This document shows, one piece after another, positions 1 to 8,925 of a stretch of 64,000 nucleotides of DNA. The translations under genes and the position numbers were made by a program. Position 1 is the stretch's first letter, and each line of letters starts with the position of its first letter. Source of the DNA: Bacillota bacterium (lineage in GTDB: Bacteria > Bacillota_I > Bacilli_A > RF39 > UBA660); NCBI GenBank assembly GCA_023430885.1, contig JAEYYH010000015.1, forward strand, positions 3,743 through 67,742, given 5' to 3'. The notes beneath the pieces were generated by a model. The model saw only the letters and a list, made by a program, of their open reading frames with translations. It made no database searches and was not told the origin of the DNA.

Positions 1-309
1 ACTTCACCATCAAGATTTCTAAGGACAGCTTATTTAAAGAGTTTCACTTATATACCAGAAAAAGATGATGAAGTAATAAATACATGCTTCAATATTATGA
101 AAGGTGTTACAATACCAAAAGGCACGGTTATAACAAAACGAGGAACAAATGATTATACTCAGTATACCGCTTTTATAAATACTGATAGTGGCGATTACTA
201 TTTTAATACTTATTCTAATAATCAAATAACTAAAGTAAATATAAATCAAATTGATAGTGATAATATAATTTCATTAGGAAAAATTAATAAACACATGACA
301 TTTAATTAG
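1..309 (+). CDS. 3' end of a hypothetical protein. The reading frame is open from the window edge; it is Tyr/Thr/Asn-rich and possibly a phage or cell-surface structural protein.
   Basis: Frame 1 has no stop from nt 1 to 309. The track ORF 97..309 is the tail of this longer frame. Confidence 0.4.
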   Translation, partial: TSPSRFLRTAYLKSFTYIPEKDDEVINTCFNIMKGVTIPKGTVITKRGTNDYTQYTAFINTDSGDYYFNTYSNNQITKVNINQIDSDNIISLGKINKHMTFN

Positions 310-429
310 TTAAATAACATAACTATAATCAAAATATCAATTAAAAAGATTGATATTTTTATTATTTATAGACAAATTCAACCAAAAACAATATAATAGA
401 AGATATAGAAAATTTCAGGGGGAATTTTT

Positions 430-1590
430 ATGGATATTAAAAGAAATGTATGTGCAATAATTGATGGACAAGCTGGTAGTTGTGGAAAAGGTAAGGCAAT
501 AGGGCAGTATGCTCTAGAAAAAAACGTTGAAGTGGCTATAGCTAACTGTATGCCTAATGCTGGTCATACATTTAGTAGTAATGGTAAAAAAAGGATATTT
601 AGAAATATACCTGTTTCTTCAGTAAATCTTAATACTAAGTTGTTTTTAGGAGCAGGTTCTGTTATTGATATGGAAGTCTTAGAAAAAGAATATGAAGATA
701 ATAAAGACATTTTAGAAGGTAGAGAAATAATAGTCCATCCTATGGTGCCAATTATTGAGCAAAGACATATTGATAGAGAAAAACAAGAACTAAGATCAGG
801 TTCTACTTTTAAAGGTGGAGGAGCCTGCTTAGCTGAAAAAGTTATGCGTAGCCCAGAACTAAAATTCTTTAAGGAATTTAAAAATATAAAAGCTGATGCA
901 GATTATCATCAAAAGTTAATTGCTAGTTTAAAAGAGGCAAAACATGTTTTAATTGAGGGATCACAAGGATGTGATTTAGATTTAAATCATAGTGGACACT
1001 ATCCATACGTTACTAGTAGACAAATTTCAGTAGCGCAAATGTGTGCTGATTCAGGAATATCTCCAATGCTTCTTAAAGATATTATTATGGTTATAAGACC
1101 TTTTCCAATTAGAATTAGTAATACAACTAATATAGGCAAGAAAATATATAGTGGCGATTATGGGCATTCTGAAGAATTGACTTGGGATCAGATAAATATA
1201 GGTGCTTTTCTTGGAATATATCCTACAATGATTGATGAAGCAATGATTGAAGAGTGGAAAGATTTAGTTAAAGATTATGCTGAATATACAACAGTTACTA
1301 AACAAAAAAGAAGAATATTTGATATAGATATAGAATTACTAAAAAAGAACGTTAATATAAATACTCCAACTAGCATTTATTTAAACTTCTTTCAGCATTT
1401 AGGAACCCAATATGAAAATGTTTCTGGCAAATACGATGGGTACGGAAACATATACATAGACAAATACCAACGAGAATATTTAGCGTGGTTAGAAGGGGAA
1501 TTAGATGTCCCAATAACTATGCTAGGCACAGGTGCAGATTTAAAAGAATATATAGATAGAACACCATATATTAAAAAATTATCAAAATAA
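430..1590 (+). CDS. Adenylosuccinate-synthetase (PurA) family protein, divergent. The P-loop-like motif is GSCGKGK instead of GDEGKGK, so it may be PurZ-like.
   Basis: Motifs alignable to PurA: QAGSCGKGK vs QWGDEGKGK; NAGHT; GSTFKGGG vs GTTGRGIG; EGSQGCDLDLNHSGHYPYVTS vs [20 protein letters not shown]. The SD sequence gggggaa lies upstream. The protein is 386 aa, shorter than bacterial PurA. Confidence 0.7.
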   Translation: MDIKRNVCAIIDGQAGSCGKGKAIGQYALEKNVEVAIANCMPNAGHTFSSNGKKRIFRNIPVSSVNLNTKLFLGAGSVIDMEVLEKEYEDNKDILEGREIIVHPMVPIIEQRHIDREKQELRSGSTFKGGGACLAEKVMRSPELKFFKEFKNIKADADYHQKLIASLKEAKHVLIEGSQGCDLDLNHSGHYPYVTSRQISVAQMCADSGISPMLLKDIIMVIRPFPIRISNTTNIGKKIYSGDYGHSEELTWDQINIGAFLGIYPTMIDEAMIEEWKDLVKDYAEYTTVTKQKRRIFDIDIELLKKNVNINTPTSIYLNFFQHLGTQYENVSGKYDGYGNIYIDKYQREYLAWLEGELDVPITMLGTGADLKEYIDRTPYIKKLSK

Positions 1591-1641
1591 TATCATATAA
1601 ATTTATTTATATGATAGAAAATTAATATTGGAGGCGTTGTA

Positions 1642-2046
1642 ATGAAACAAATATCTAACGAAGATAAACAAGTTGGGATAAAGGAAAAAGCAATTGCTAA
1701 AATAATAACTATTACTTTATTTTCAATAGTTATTGTAGTGATTGTATCTATACTTGTAATTAAGTATTCATATAATAAAATTATTGAAGGGCTTTCTAAA
1801 AACACTTATTATGTTTTAGAAGTAGATGAAAACAATATAGAAAAGATAGTTTCGTTAATACAAGATGAAAAACAAACATATTGTGATTCTTTATATAAGA
1901 TAGAATATTATAATATGTTTCCTGACGGTACCTCTTATTTATTGTATTGTGAAGATGAAGATAATATAAAATTTAGTATTGATAAAGTTGGAACTGATGT
2001 GTTATCAAAATATATATATGATAATGGTACAAGAGGAGTAAGGTAA
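1642..2046 (+). CDS. Small single-pass membrane protein, hypothetical.
   Basis: SD ggagg is 8 nt upstream of the ATG. There is one hydrophobic helix (IITITLFSIVIVVIVSILVI). Confidence 0.5.
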   Translation: MKQISNEDKQVGIKEKAIAKIITITLFSIVIVVIVSILVIKYSYNKIIEGLSKNTYYVLEVDENNIEKIVSLIQDEKQTYCDSLYKIEYYNMFPDGTSYLLYCEDEDNIKFSIDKVGTDVLSKYIYDNGTRGVR

Positions 2047-2260
2047 TTATCATTTAAAAGTAGTTATAAAACATTAATATATCTAATATTAATGTTTTTA
2101 TATAGAATTAATCATATTAAAATGTCGATTTTTCTTTTTTATTTATATGTCATTTATGATATAATTAATTACAGGAAGTGATTTTATGTTAAATAAAATA
2201 ATATATAATCGATGTTGTGAGTATAATTATTAAACATATATTTAATTATAGGAGGAAGTT

Positions 2261-3658
2261 ATGAGATTATATAATACGTTATCAAGAGAAATAGAAGATT
2301 TTAAACCAATTAGTGATAAAGAGGTCACTATGTATACATGTGGTCCTACTGTATATCATTACGCTCATATAGGGAACTTAAGATCATATATATCAGAAGA
2401 TATATTAGAAAAAGCATTAAACTATTTAGGTTACAATGTAAAAAGATGTATGAATATTACGGATGTTGGACATTTAAGTAGTGATTCAGATAGTGGCGAA
2501 GATAAAATGCTTAAGGGTGCTATTAGAGAACATAAAACTGTTTTACAAATAGCTGCTTACTATACTGAAGCTTTTAAAAAAGATTGTCAAAAACTAAATA
2601 TAGCTTGGCCAAAAATTGTGTCTCCAGCTACAGATAACATTGACGAGTATATTAAAATAATAACTGAGTTATTAGAGACTGGTTATGCCTATATTGCAGG
2701 CGGTAATGTTTATTTTGATACGTCAAAATTAAAAGATTATTATGTGCTTACTAATCATAAAGAAGACGAAATGGTAGTAGGTGTAAGAGAAGGTGTTGAG
2801 GAAGACACTAACAAAAGAAACCAAGCAGATTTTGTACTTTGGTTTACAAAATCTAAGTTTGATGATCAAGAACTAAAATGGGAAAGCCCATGGGGATATG
2901 GTTATCCAGGATGGCACATTGAATGTTCTGGTATCTCTTTAAAATATTTAGGCGAATTTTTAGATATACACTGTGGTGGAGTAGATAATATATTTCCACA
3001 TCATACCAACGAGATAGCTCAGTCTGAAAGTTATTTAGGCCATAAATGGTGTAATTACTGGTTTCATGTTGAACATTTAAATGATAATACTGGTAAAATG
3101 AGTAAATCAAAAGGCGATTTTCTTATGGTTTCACTACTTGAAGAAAAGGGTTATAATCCACTAGCATATCGTTTAATGTGTATGCAATCACATTACCGTA
3201 AACAATTATTATTCACTTATGATGCTTTGGATAATGCAACAAATGCATACAATAAATTATTAAGCAAAATAAAAAACTTAAAAGAAAATAAAGAAGGAGA
3301 TATCGAAGGTGTCGATAATTATATCGAAAGTTTTAAGAATTCTCTAGCAGATGACTTAAATACTGCTACTTCGTTAACCATTTTATATGATGTTTTAAAA
3401 AGTGATTTAAATAATAATTCTAAATTATATTTAGTTTCAGAATTTGATAAGGTTCTTTCATTAAATTTATTAAATGATGAAGTTACAGAAATTAATGAGG
3501 ATACTAAAAAGTACATTGAAGAAATGATTGAAAAAAGAAATGCTGCTAAGAAAAATAAAGACTTTGCTCTAGCAGATGAAATAAGGGATGAACTTGCTAG
3601 TAAAAATATATTTATTAAAGATACTAGAGAAGGTACTACTTACGAAATTAAAGAATAA
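2261..3658 (+). CDS. cysS: Cysteine--tRNA ligase.
   Basis: HIGN (HIGH-class) motif, KMSKS motif, length 465 aa, SD aggagg. Confidence 0.95.
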   Translation: MRLYNTLSREIEDFKPISDKEVTMYTCGPTVYHYAHIGNLRSYISEDILEKALNYLGYNVKRCMNITDVGHLSSDSDSGEDKMLKGAIREHKTVLQIAAYYTEAFKKDCQKLNIAWPKIVSPATDNIDEYIKIITELLETGYAYIAGGNVYFDTSKLKDYYVLTNHKEDEMVVGVREGVEEDTNKRNQADFVLWFTKSKFDDQELKWESPWGYGYPGWHIECSGISLKYLGEFLDIHCGGVDNIFPHHTNEIAQSESYLGHKWCNYWFHVEHLNDNTGKMSKSKGDFLMVSLLEEKGYNPLAYRLMCMQSHYRKQLLFTYDALDNATNAYNKLLSKIKNLKENKEGDIEGVDNYIESFKNSLADDLNTATSLTILYDVLKSDLNNNSKLYLVSEFDKVLSLNLLNDEVTEINEDTKKYIEEMIEKRNAAKKNKDFALADEIRDELASKNIFIKDTREGTTYEIKE

Positions 3659-3701
3659 AAAGATAACACTCGATGTTATCTTTTCTATATAGGAGGATTC
3701 C

Positions 3702-4574
3702 ATGGACGGAGTAATTATAGTAGATAAACCAAAAGACTATACAAGTAGAGATGTAGTCAATGTAATAAGTAAAATATATCATACAAAAAAAGTTGGTCAC
3801 ACTGGTACTTTAGACCCTCTAGCGACTGGGGTGCTTGTTATATGTGTAAATAAAGCTACTAAGATAGTAGAGCTACTTACTAGCTACGATAAAGAATACA
3901 TTGCAACATTTAAATTTGGAATATTAACTGATACTTTAGATAGTACTGGAAGCATTTTGAAAGATGAAGAATGTATACTTGAAAAAGAAAGTTTAATTGA
4001 TGCTATGAAAAAAATTGAGGGAACATATATGCAAGAAGTGCCTATATATTCTGCAGTAAGAATAAATGGTAAAAAATTATACGAGTATGCAAGGGAAGGT
4101 TTAGAAGTTGAACTACCAAAACATGAAGTGACGATTTCTAACCTTGAATTATTAGATTTCAATGTAGAAGATAATCATACAATTGCAAAGGTTAAATGTC
4201 ATGTTTCAAAAGGTACCTATATAAGAAGTCTAGGTAATGATATTGCAAGCATTTTAGGAACTAATGCTATTATGACGGATTTAAGAAGAACAAAACAAGG
4301 GACATTTAGCATTGATAATAGCATAGAGTTAAAAGACATAACAGATAATACTAAATTAATTAGTATAAGTGAATGCTTAAATATGTATAAAAAAATTGTA
4401 GTAGATATAAAACTAGAAGAAGATATATTAAATGGAATAATCCTAGATAATATATATAGTGACGATAATATTTTATTTATCGACTCGGATAATAATCCAA
4501 TTGCGTTATATACTATATATGATAAAGATATAAATAAAATAAAACCATGGAAAATGTTTAAAAATAAAGTGTAA
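3702..4574 (+). CDS. truB: tRNA pseudouridine(55) synthase.
   Basis: N-terminal IIVDKPKDYTSRDVVN...GHTGTLDPLATGVLVICVNKATK is the TruB catalytic Asp motif. Confidence 0.9.
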   Translation: MDGVIIVDKPKDYTSRDVVNVISKIYHTKKVGHTGTLDPLATGVLVICVNKATKIVELLTSYDKEYIATFKFGILTDTLDSTGSILKDEECILEKESLIDAMKKIEGTYMQEVPIYSAVRINGKKLYEYAREGLEVELPKHEVTISNLELLDFNVEDNHTIAKVKCHVSKGTYIRSLGNDIASILGTNAIMTDLRRTKQGTFSIDNSIELKDITDNTKLISISECLNMYKKIVVDIKLEEDILNGIILDNIYSDDNILFIDSDNNPIALYTIYDKDINKIKPWKMFKNKV

Positions 4575-4576
4575 AA

Positions 4577-4606
4577 GAAGTTGCTAATTACTGGCAACTT
4601 CTTTTA
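4577..4606 (+). terminator. Rho-independent terminator after truB.
   Basis: Perfect 8-bp stem gaagttgc/gcaacttc followed by a T-run. Confidence 0.6.
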
Positions 4607-4687
4607 AAAACTCTTTTACATTTATTAAAAGTATGGTATAATTTATTATAGATAAAATAGAGTAAAAGGGAATTGAAGGTGCTGCTT

Positions 4688-6973
4688 ATGCAAAATAAAC
4701 CTATATACTTATGGCCATTTATTGTAGTATATAGAATTGTAATAATGATTCTAAAGCTCCCATTAGCTATAATACATTACTTTTTAATGGGATTCTTTTT
4801 TTCAATATATACATTAATAGAAATATTTGTTGATATGGGAATATTTATTTCTTTTGTTTGGTGGAAATTTATTAAATATTTATTCTTAGGAATATCTTTG
4901 CCTATTGTATTAATAGGAAGAACATTAAAGCACACTAAAGATACTGCTATTAATGAAGAAGCTATTATTCCAAAACATGTAAAAGAGACTTCTAAGAATA
5001 AGTTTCCTAAACCAGTAAAAGCAATAGCCGCCGCTGCAGCTACTGCAGGTGTACTTAATGCTGGACCATTACCAGCAAAGGAAATGAGTAAAGCTGAGAT
5101 TGGAAAAGTTGATAAAGAACTTGAAAAATTAAAAAAAGAAAATGAAAAAGAAGCTGCAATTCATCAAAAGAAAATGGATGAACTTCATAAAAAAGAAGAA
5201 ATTAAAGCTGCTAAAGAAAAAATAAAATTAGATAAAATAACAAAGAAAAAAGAGGCTGAAGAATTAGCTAGACAAAAACAAGATGCTGAAAATCAAATAA
5301 AAGAACAGCAAATGCTTATGAGAGAAGAAAAACGTAAGCAAGAAGCTGCGGTAGCATTTGAGAAGAAAAAACTGGAAGAGTCCATAGTTAAAGAAAAGAA
5401 AGAAAAGCCAAAAAGCTTAGCCCAAACAAAAAAAGAACAAGCAAAAGCTGAAAAAATAAGATTAAAACAAGAAAAAATACAACATAAAAAAGAATTATTA
5501 GCAGAGCGAAAAAAATTCAAAGAGAAAAATACATATGTTAATGATAAAGTTGTTATTGAGAAGAAAAATCTTGGTGACTATATTAACTCTGGATTAGAGC
5601 AATTAATTAAAGTTCCTAAGATGTTTAAAGAGAAAGTTAAAAACAGTTTCTCTAATTCAGCATTTGTAAAGAATAGACGTAATGTTGAAGATATGCATCG
5701 TGAAGCATTGCTTATCGACTTTACAGGCGATGATGCCAAAAAGAGCGATAAAAAAATTGTTTATGAATATGTTGGAAAGAATGTTGAAGGAAAATTAGTA
5801 AAGGCATATTTTGAAGCTTTTTCTAAAGTTGAAGTTCACTCATTCTTACTTAGTGAAGGTTTTGAAGTATATAGTATAAAGACCAGTCCTTTGATTCAGT
5901 TCTTGCATGGAGCAAAACAATCTAGATCTGTTAGATTTAAAAATAAAGATTTAATATTTTTCTTAACTCAATTATCAACTTATATAAAAGCAGGTATACC
6001 ACTTGTTGAATCACTTAGAATACTAAGTAGACAGTTTCCTCAAAAGGGATATCAAAAAGTATTTAGGTCTATGATTTATGAGTTGACGATGGGGGATAAC
6101 TTTAGCGTAGCTTTAGAGAAGCAAGGTAATGCTTATCCAAAATTACTTGTAAACATGGTAAAGACTTCAGAAATGACTGGAGAACTTCCAGAAACACTTG
6201 ATGATATGCAAATATATTTTGCAGAAGCAGAAAAAACAAAAAAACAAATGATTACAGCACTTACTTATCCAACGATTGTATTTGTGCTTGCAATTGCTGC
6301 TATTACCTTCATCATGATATATATAGTTCCACAGTTTGCTGGAATATATGCTGATATGGATAATGCTAAATTGCCAGGCATAACAGTAGCAATCATGAAT
6401 GTCAGTGATTTCTTAAAGAATTATTGGATATATTTAATTGCGGTAGTATTTGGCGTTATATTTATATTTGGCTATTTATATCGTAATGTTAAATTATTTA
6501 GAACATTAATTCAGTGGTTTTTAATGAAATTACCAGTTATAGGGGATGTAATGATATATAATGAAGTTACGATGTTTACTAAAACATTTGCTTCTTTATT
6601 AAAACATAATGTATTCATTACTGATACAATGGAAATTTTGAATAAGATTACGAATAATGAAATTTGGAAAATGATTATTTTAGACACAATTACAAACCTA
6701 GCGAAAGGTGAGAAAATATCTCTTGCTTTCCAAGATCACTGGGCTGTACCAATTCCAGCTTACGAAATGATTGTTACTGGCGAAAGAACTGGTCAGTTAC
6801 CTGAAATGATGCAAAAAGTATCAGATTATTATCAAGAACTTCATAAGAATGCAGTAGGGAGAATTAAAGCATTTATTGAACCAATACTTATTTTATTTCT
6901 TACCGGAGCAGTAGGTGTTATTGTTCTTTCAATAGTAATACCAATGTTTGATATGTATTCACAATTAAGTTAG
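4688..6973 (+). CDS. pilC: Type IV pilus assembly platform protein (PilC/GspF family) with a long N-terminal extension of TM helices plus a Lys/Glu-rich helical region.
   Basis: The C-terminal ~400 aa contain two GspF-type domains (FLTQLSTYIKAGIPLVESLRIL...; LAFQDHWAVP...). The ATG at 4688 has the SD gaaggtg; the track TTG at 4673 is less likely. The N-terminal 360 aa are extra relative to typical PilC. Confidence 0.8.
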   Translation: MQNKPIYLWPFIVVYRIVIMILKLPLAIIHYFLMGFFFSIYTLIEIFVDMGIFISFVWWKFIKYLFLGISLPIVLIGRTLKHTKDTAINEEAIIPKHVKETSKNKFPKPVKAIAAAAATAGVLNAGPLPAKEMSKAEIGKVDKELEKLKKENEKEAAIHQKKMDELHKKEEIKAAKEKIKLDKITKKKEAEELARQKQDAENQIKEQQMLMREEKRKQEAAVAFEKKKLEESIVKEKKEKPKSLAQTKKEQAKAEKIRLKQEKIQHKKELLAERKKFKEKNTYVNDKVVIEKKNLGDYINSGLEQLIKVPKMFKEKVKNSFSNSAFVKNRRNVEDMHREALLIDFTGDDAKKSDKKIVYEYVGKNVEGKLVKAYFEAFSKVEVHSFLLSEGFEVYSIKTSPLIQFLHGAKQSRSVRFKNKDLIFFLTQLSTYIKAGIPLVESLRILSRQFPQKGYQKVFRSMIYELTMGDNFSVALEKQGNAYPKLLVNMVKTSEMTGELPETLDDMQIYFAEAEKTKKQMITALTYPTIVFVLAIAAITFIMIYIVPQFAGIYADMDNAKLPGITVAIMNVSDFLKNYWIYLIAVVFGVIFIFGYLYRNVKLFRTLIQWFLMKLPVIGDVMIYNEVTMFTKTFASLLKHNVFITDTMEILNKITNNEIWKMIILDTITNLAKGEKISLAFQDHWAVPIPAYEMIVTGERTGQLPEMMQKVSDYYQELHKNAVGRIKAFIEPILILFLTGAVGVIVLSIVIPMFDMYSQLS

Positions 6974-6992
6974 TCTTAGCAAGGGGGTATTT

Positions 6993-7757
6993 ATGGATTT
7001 GTATTATACAATAGTTATGTTTGTATTTGGAACCATCTTTGGTTCCTTTTACAACGTAGTAGGCGATAGATTACCGGATGGTAAGTCAATAATTAAGCCA
7101 GGAAGTCATTGTCCAAAATGTGGGCATATGCTTAAACCAATTGAGTTGGTGCCAATTTTCTCTTTTATAATTCAAGGTGGAAAGTGTAAAAAGTGTAAAT
7201 GCAAAGTTCCAATCTTTCATCCATTATATGAAATATTTGTTGGATTGTTATTTATGTTTTGCTATCTTTCATTTGGATTTAGTGCTAATTTAGTAGTAGC
7301 ATTAACATTTGCATCAATGCTTGCTATACTTATAGTAAGCGATTATTACTACATGATAATACCAGATGAGGTACTTGTAGTGTTTGGGGTTTTACTTGTT
7401 ATTGAAACGGCAATATTTCAAGGACCTATGGTACTATTAACTTCAATTTTAAATGGATTAATAGCTTTTGGATGTATGTTTGGATTAAAAAAATTTGGTG
7501 ATCTATTATTTAAAACTGATTCTATGGGTGGTGGCGATATTAAGTTACTATTCTTCTTTGGATTTGTTTTGGGCTGGGAGATGGCAATATTTGCTATATT
7601 CCTTGGATCATTAATTGGGTTGCCAGTTTCTTTAATAATATTAAAAACAAAAAAAACAAATATTATACCATTTGGACCATTTTTATCAATAGGCGCACTT
7701 ATTATAATGCTAACGCATTTTGATATTACAAAATTATTAAGTATATTACTTCAGTAA
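6993..7757 (+). CDS. pilD: Prepilin peptidase (A24 family).
   Basis: N-terminal zinc-ribbon CPKCGH...CKKCKC, multiple TM helices, GGGDIKLL motif. Confidence 0.85.
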   Translation: MDLYYTIVMFVFGTIFGSFYNVVGDRLPDGKSIIKPGSHCPKCGHMLKPIELVPIFSFIIQGGKCKKCKCKVPIFHPLYEIFVGLLFMFCYLSFGFSANLVVALTFASMLAILIVSDYYYMIIPDEVLVVFGVLLVIETAIFQGPMVLLTSILNGLIAFGCMFGLKKFGDLLFKTDSMGGGDIKLLFFFGFVLGWEMAIFAIFLGSLIGLPVSLIILKTKKTNIIPFGPFLSIGALIIMLTHFDITKLLSILLQ

Positions 7758-7761
7758 TATG

Positions 7762-8907
7762 CTTTTTTTTTGTATGATAATTTGTCAAATCAATTGCAAC
7801 AGTTAGTTAAATACTCATTAAAAGATTCATTTGGTGTCTTGTAGTTTATACATTTTCTAGGTCTATCATTAAGAAGTGTAAGTGTGTCTTGCTCTTCTTT
7901 TTCATTTGTTTTAGATAAATCCATTTGCTTTGGATAAAATTCTCTTAATAATCCGTTTGAATTTTCATTTGTTCCTTTTTGCCATGCACAATATGGATCT
8001 GCAAAATACATATTTGTATTGAGTTCTTCTTCTATACGTTTCCAACCTGCAAATTCTTTTCCTCTGTCACATGTTATTGTTTTAATAGCTTGTTGTGGGA
8101 ATTCTTTTAATAATTCAATTATTGCATTGGTAACAGTTTCTTCTTTTCTGTCTGGTATCCATTTAATTAAATATAACCTAGATTTTCTTTCTGCTAACGA
8201 TACAAAACAATATTTACTTTTTAAAGTATAATTATCGATTTTTCCTGAAACTACAGTATCTGCTTCCCAATGTCCAAACGTATTTCTTTTGTATACTTCT
8301 CTAGGACGTTTTTTTATTGTTTTACCTAAATTAAATCTTCCTCTTGTCTCTGTTGGTCTTTTGAATTTTCCTCTTCGTCTTAAATGTTCTATATTTGTTT
8401 TAGGAATATATCCTAAGTGAATCCATCTATAAATAGTAGATAAAGAAGGGAAAATATTTGGTTTATCAGAGGCATTTCTATTTACTATTTGATCTGGTGA
8501 CCAATGCAACTCTATTTTGTTTTTTATATAATTTATTGATTGTTTATTTGTACTTAATGGTCTATGACAATTAATTCTTCTTTCCTTATATTTTTTATTT
8601 GCAATAACTGGAGAATATCCAACTACTGAATAGTTTATTGATTTTTTATAAGAATTTCTTTTCAGTTCTCTAGAAATTGTAGAAACATTTCTATCAAGAA
8701 TTTTTGCCATTTCTCTTAAAGACATATTCATTTGCTTAAATTTACTTATACAAGCACGTTCTTCTATGGTAAGATGTATATAGTTCATATTATTACTCCT
8801 TAATGTTTGATTAGACACCAACATTATAACATGAGTAATATATGAACTTTTTTGTTTGTAATTATCAAGTGTTGCACTTGTTATTATAAATTATCGTATA
8901 AAAAAAG
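7762..8907 (-). mobile_element. IS30-family insertion sequence (~1.15 kb) inserted in the pilD-pilB intergenic region.
   Basis: Imperfect terminal inverted repeats of about 38-40 bp: 7762-7801 ctttttttttgtatgataatttgtcaaatcaattgcaaca vs the reverse complement of 8870-8907 ctttttttatacgataatttataataacaagtgcaaca. A single transposase ORF lies inside. There is a possible 3-bp direct repeat ATG at both junctions. Confidence 0.8.
7790..8824 (-). CDS. IS30-family DDE transposase.
   Basis: N-terminal HTH (LREMAKILDRNVSTISRELKRN) and a DDE core typical of IS30 (HWEADTV...DRGKEF...). Length 344 aa. Confidence 0.9.
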   Translation of the reverse strand: MLVSNQTLRSNNMNYIHLTIEERACISKFKQMNMSLREMAKILDRNVSTISRELKRNSYKKSINYSVVGYSPVIANKKYKERRINCHRPLSTNKQSINYIKNKIELHWSPDQIVNRNASDKPNIFPSLSTIYRWIHLGYIPKTNIEHLRRRGKFKRPTETRGRFNLGKTIKKRPREVYKRNTFGHWEADTVVSGKIDNYTLKSKYCFVSLAERKSRLYLIKWIPDRKEETVTNAIIELLKEFPQQAIKTITCDRGKEFAGWKRIEEELNTNMYFADPYCAWQKGTNENSNGLLREFYPKQMDLSKTNEKEEQDTLTLLNDRPRKCINYKTPNESFNEYLTNCCN

Positions 8908-8925
8908 ATGATATTTATTATCATC

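Noticed and set aside
34-249. Minus-strand ORF (71 aa) at the window start.
   Set aside because: It is low-complexity Ile/Tyr-rich and fully overlapped by a plus-strand frame that is open from nt 1 to 309 and looks protein-like. I kept the plus-strand partial CDS instead.
2047-2260. Looked for a T-box leader upstream of cysS.
   Set aside because: There is no AATTAGGGTGGNACCGCG-like T-box motif or specifier/antiterminator structure. The region is simply AT-rich with a plain SD.
4673-4687. Track start codons for pilC (TTG 4673), ABC ATPase (40898), spoIIGA (50458), merR-like (35301), SIS-like (57840), TasA-like (24463) and RR (38895).
   Set aside because: In each case a downstream ATG with a well-spaced AGGAGG/GGTGA Shine-Dalgarno sequence and the expected protein N-terminus is more plausible. 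I moved the starts accordingly.
2853-5520. Several antisense ORFs inside cysS, truB and pilC (2853..3110, 3319..3516, 3884..4162, 4217..4597, 5293..5520).
   Set aside because: They are embedded opposite well-supported genes, have low-complexity composition typical of AT-rich antisense frames, and lack SD sequences.
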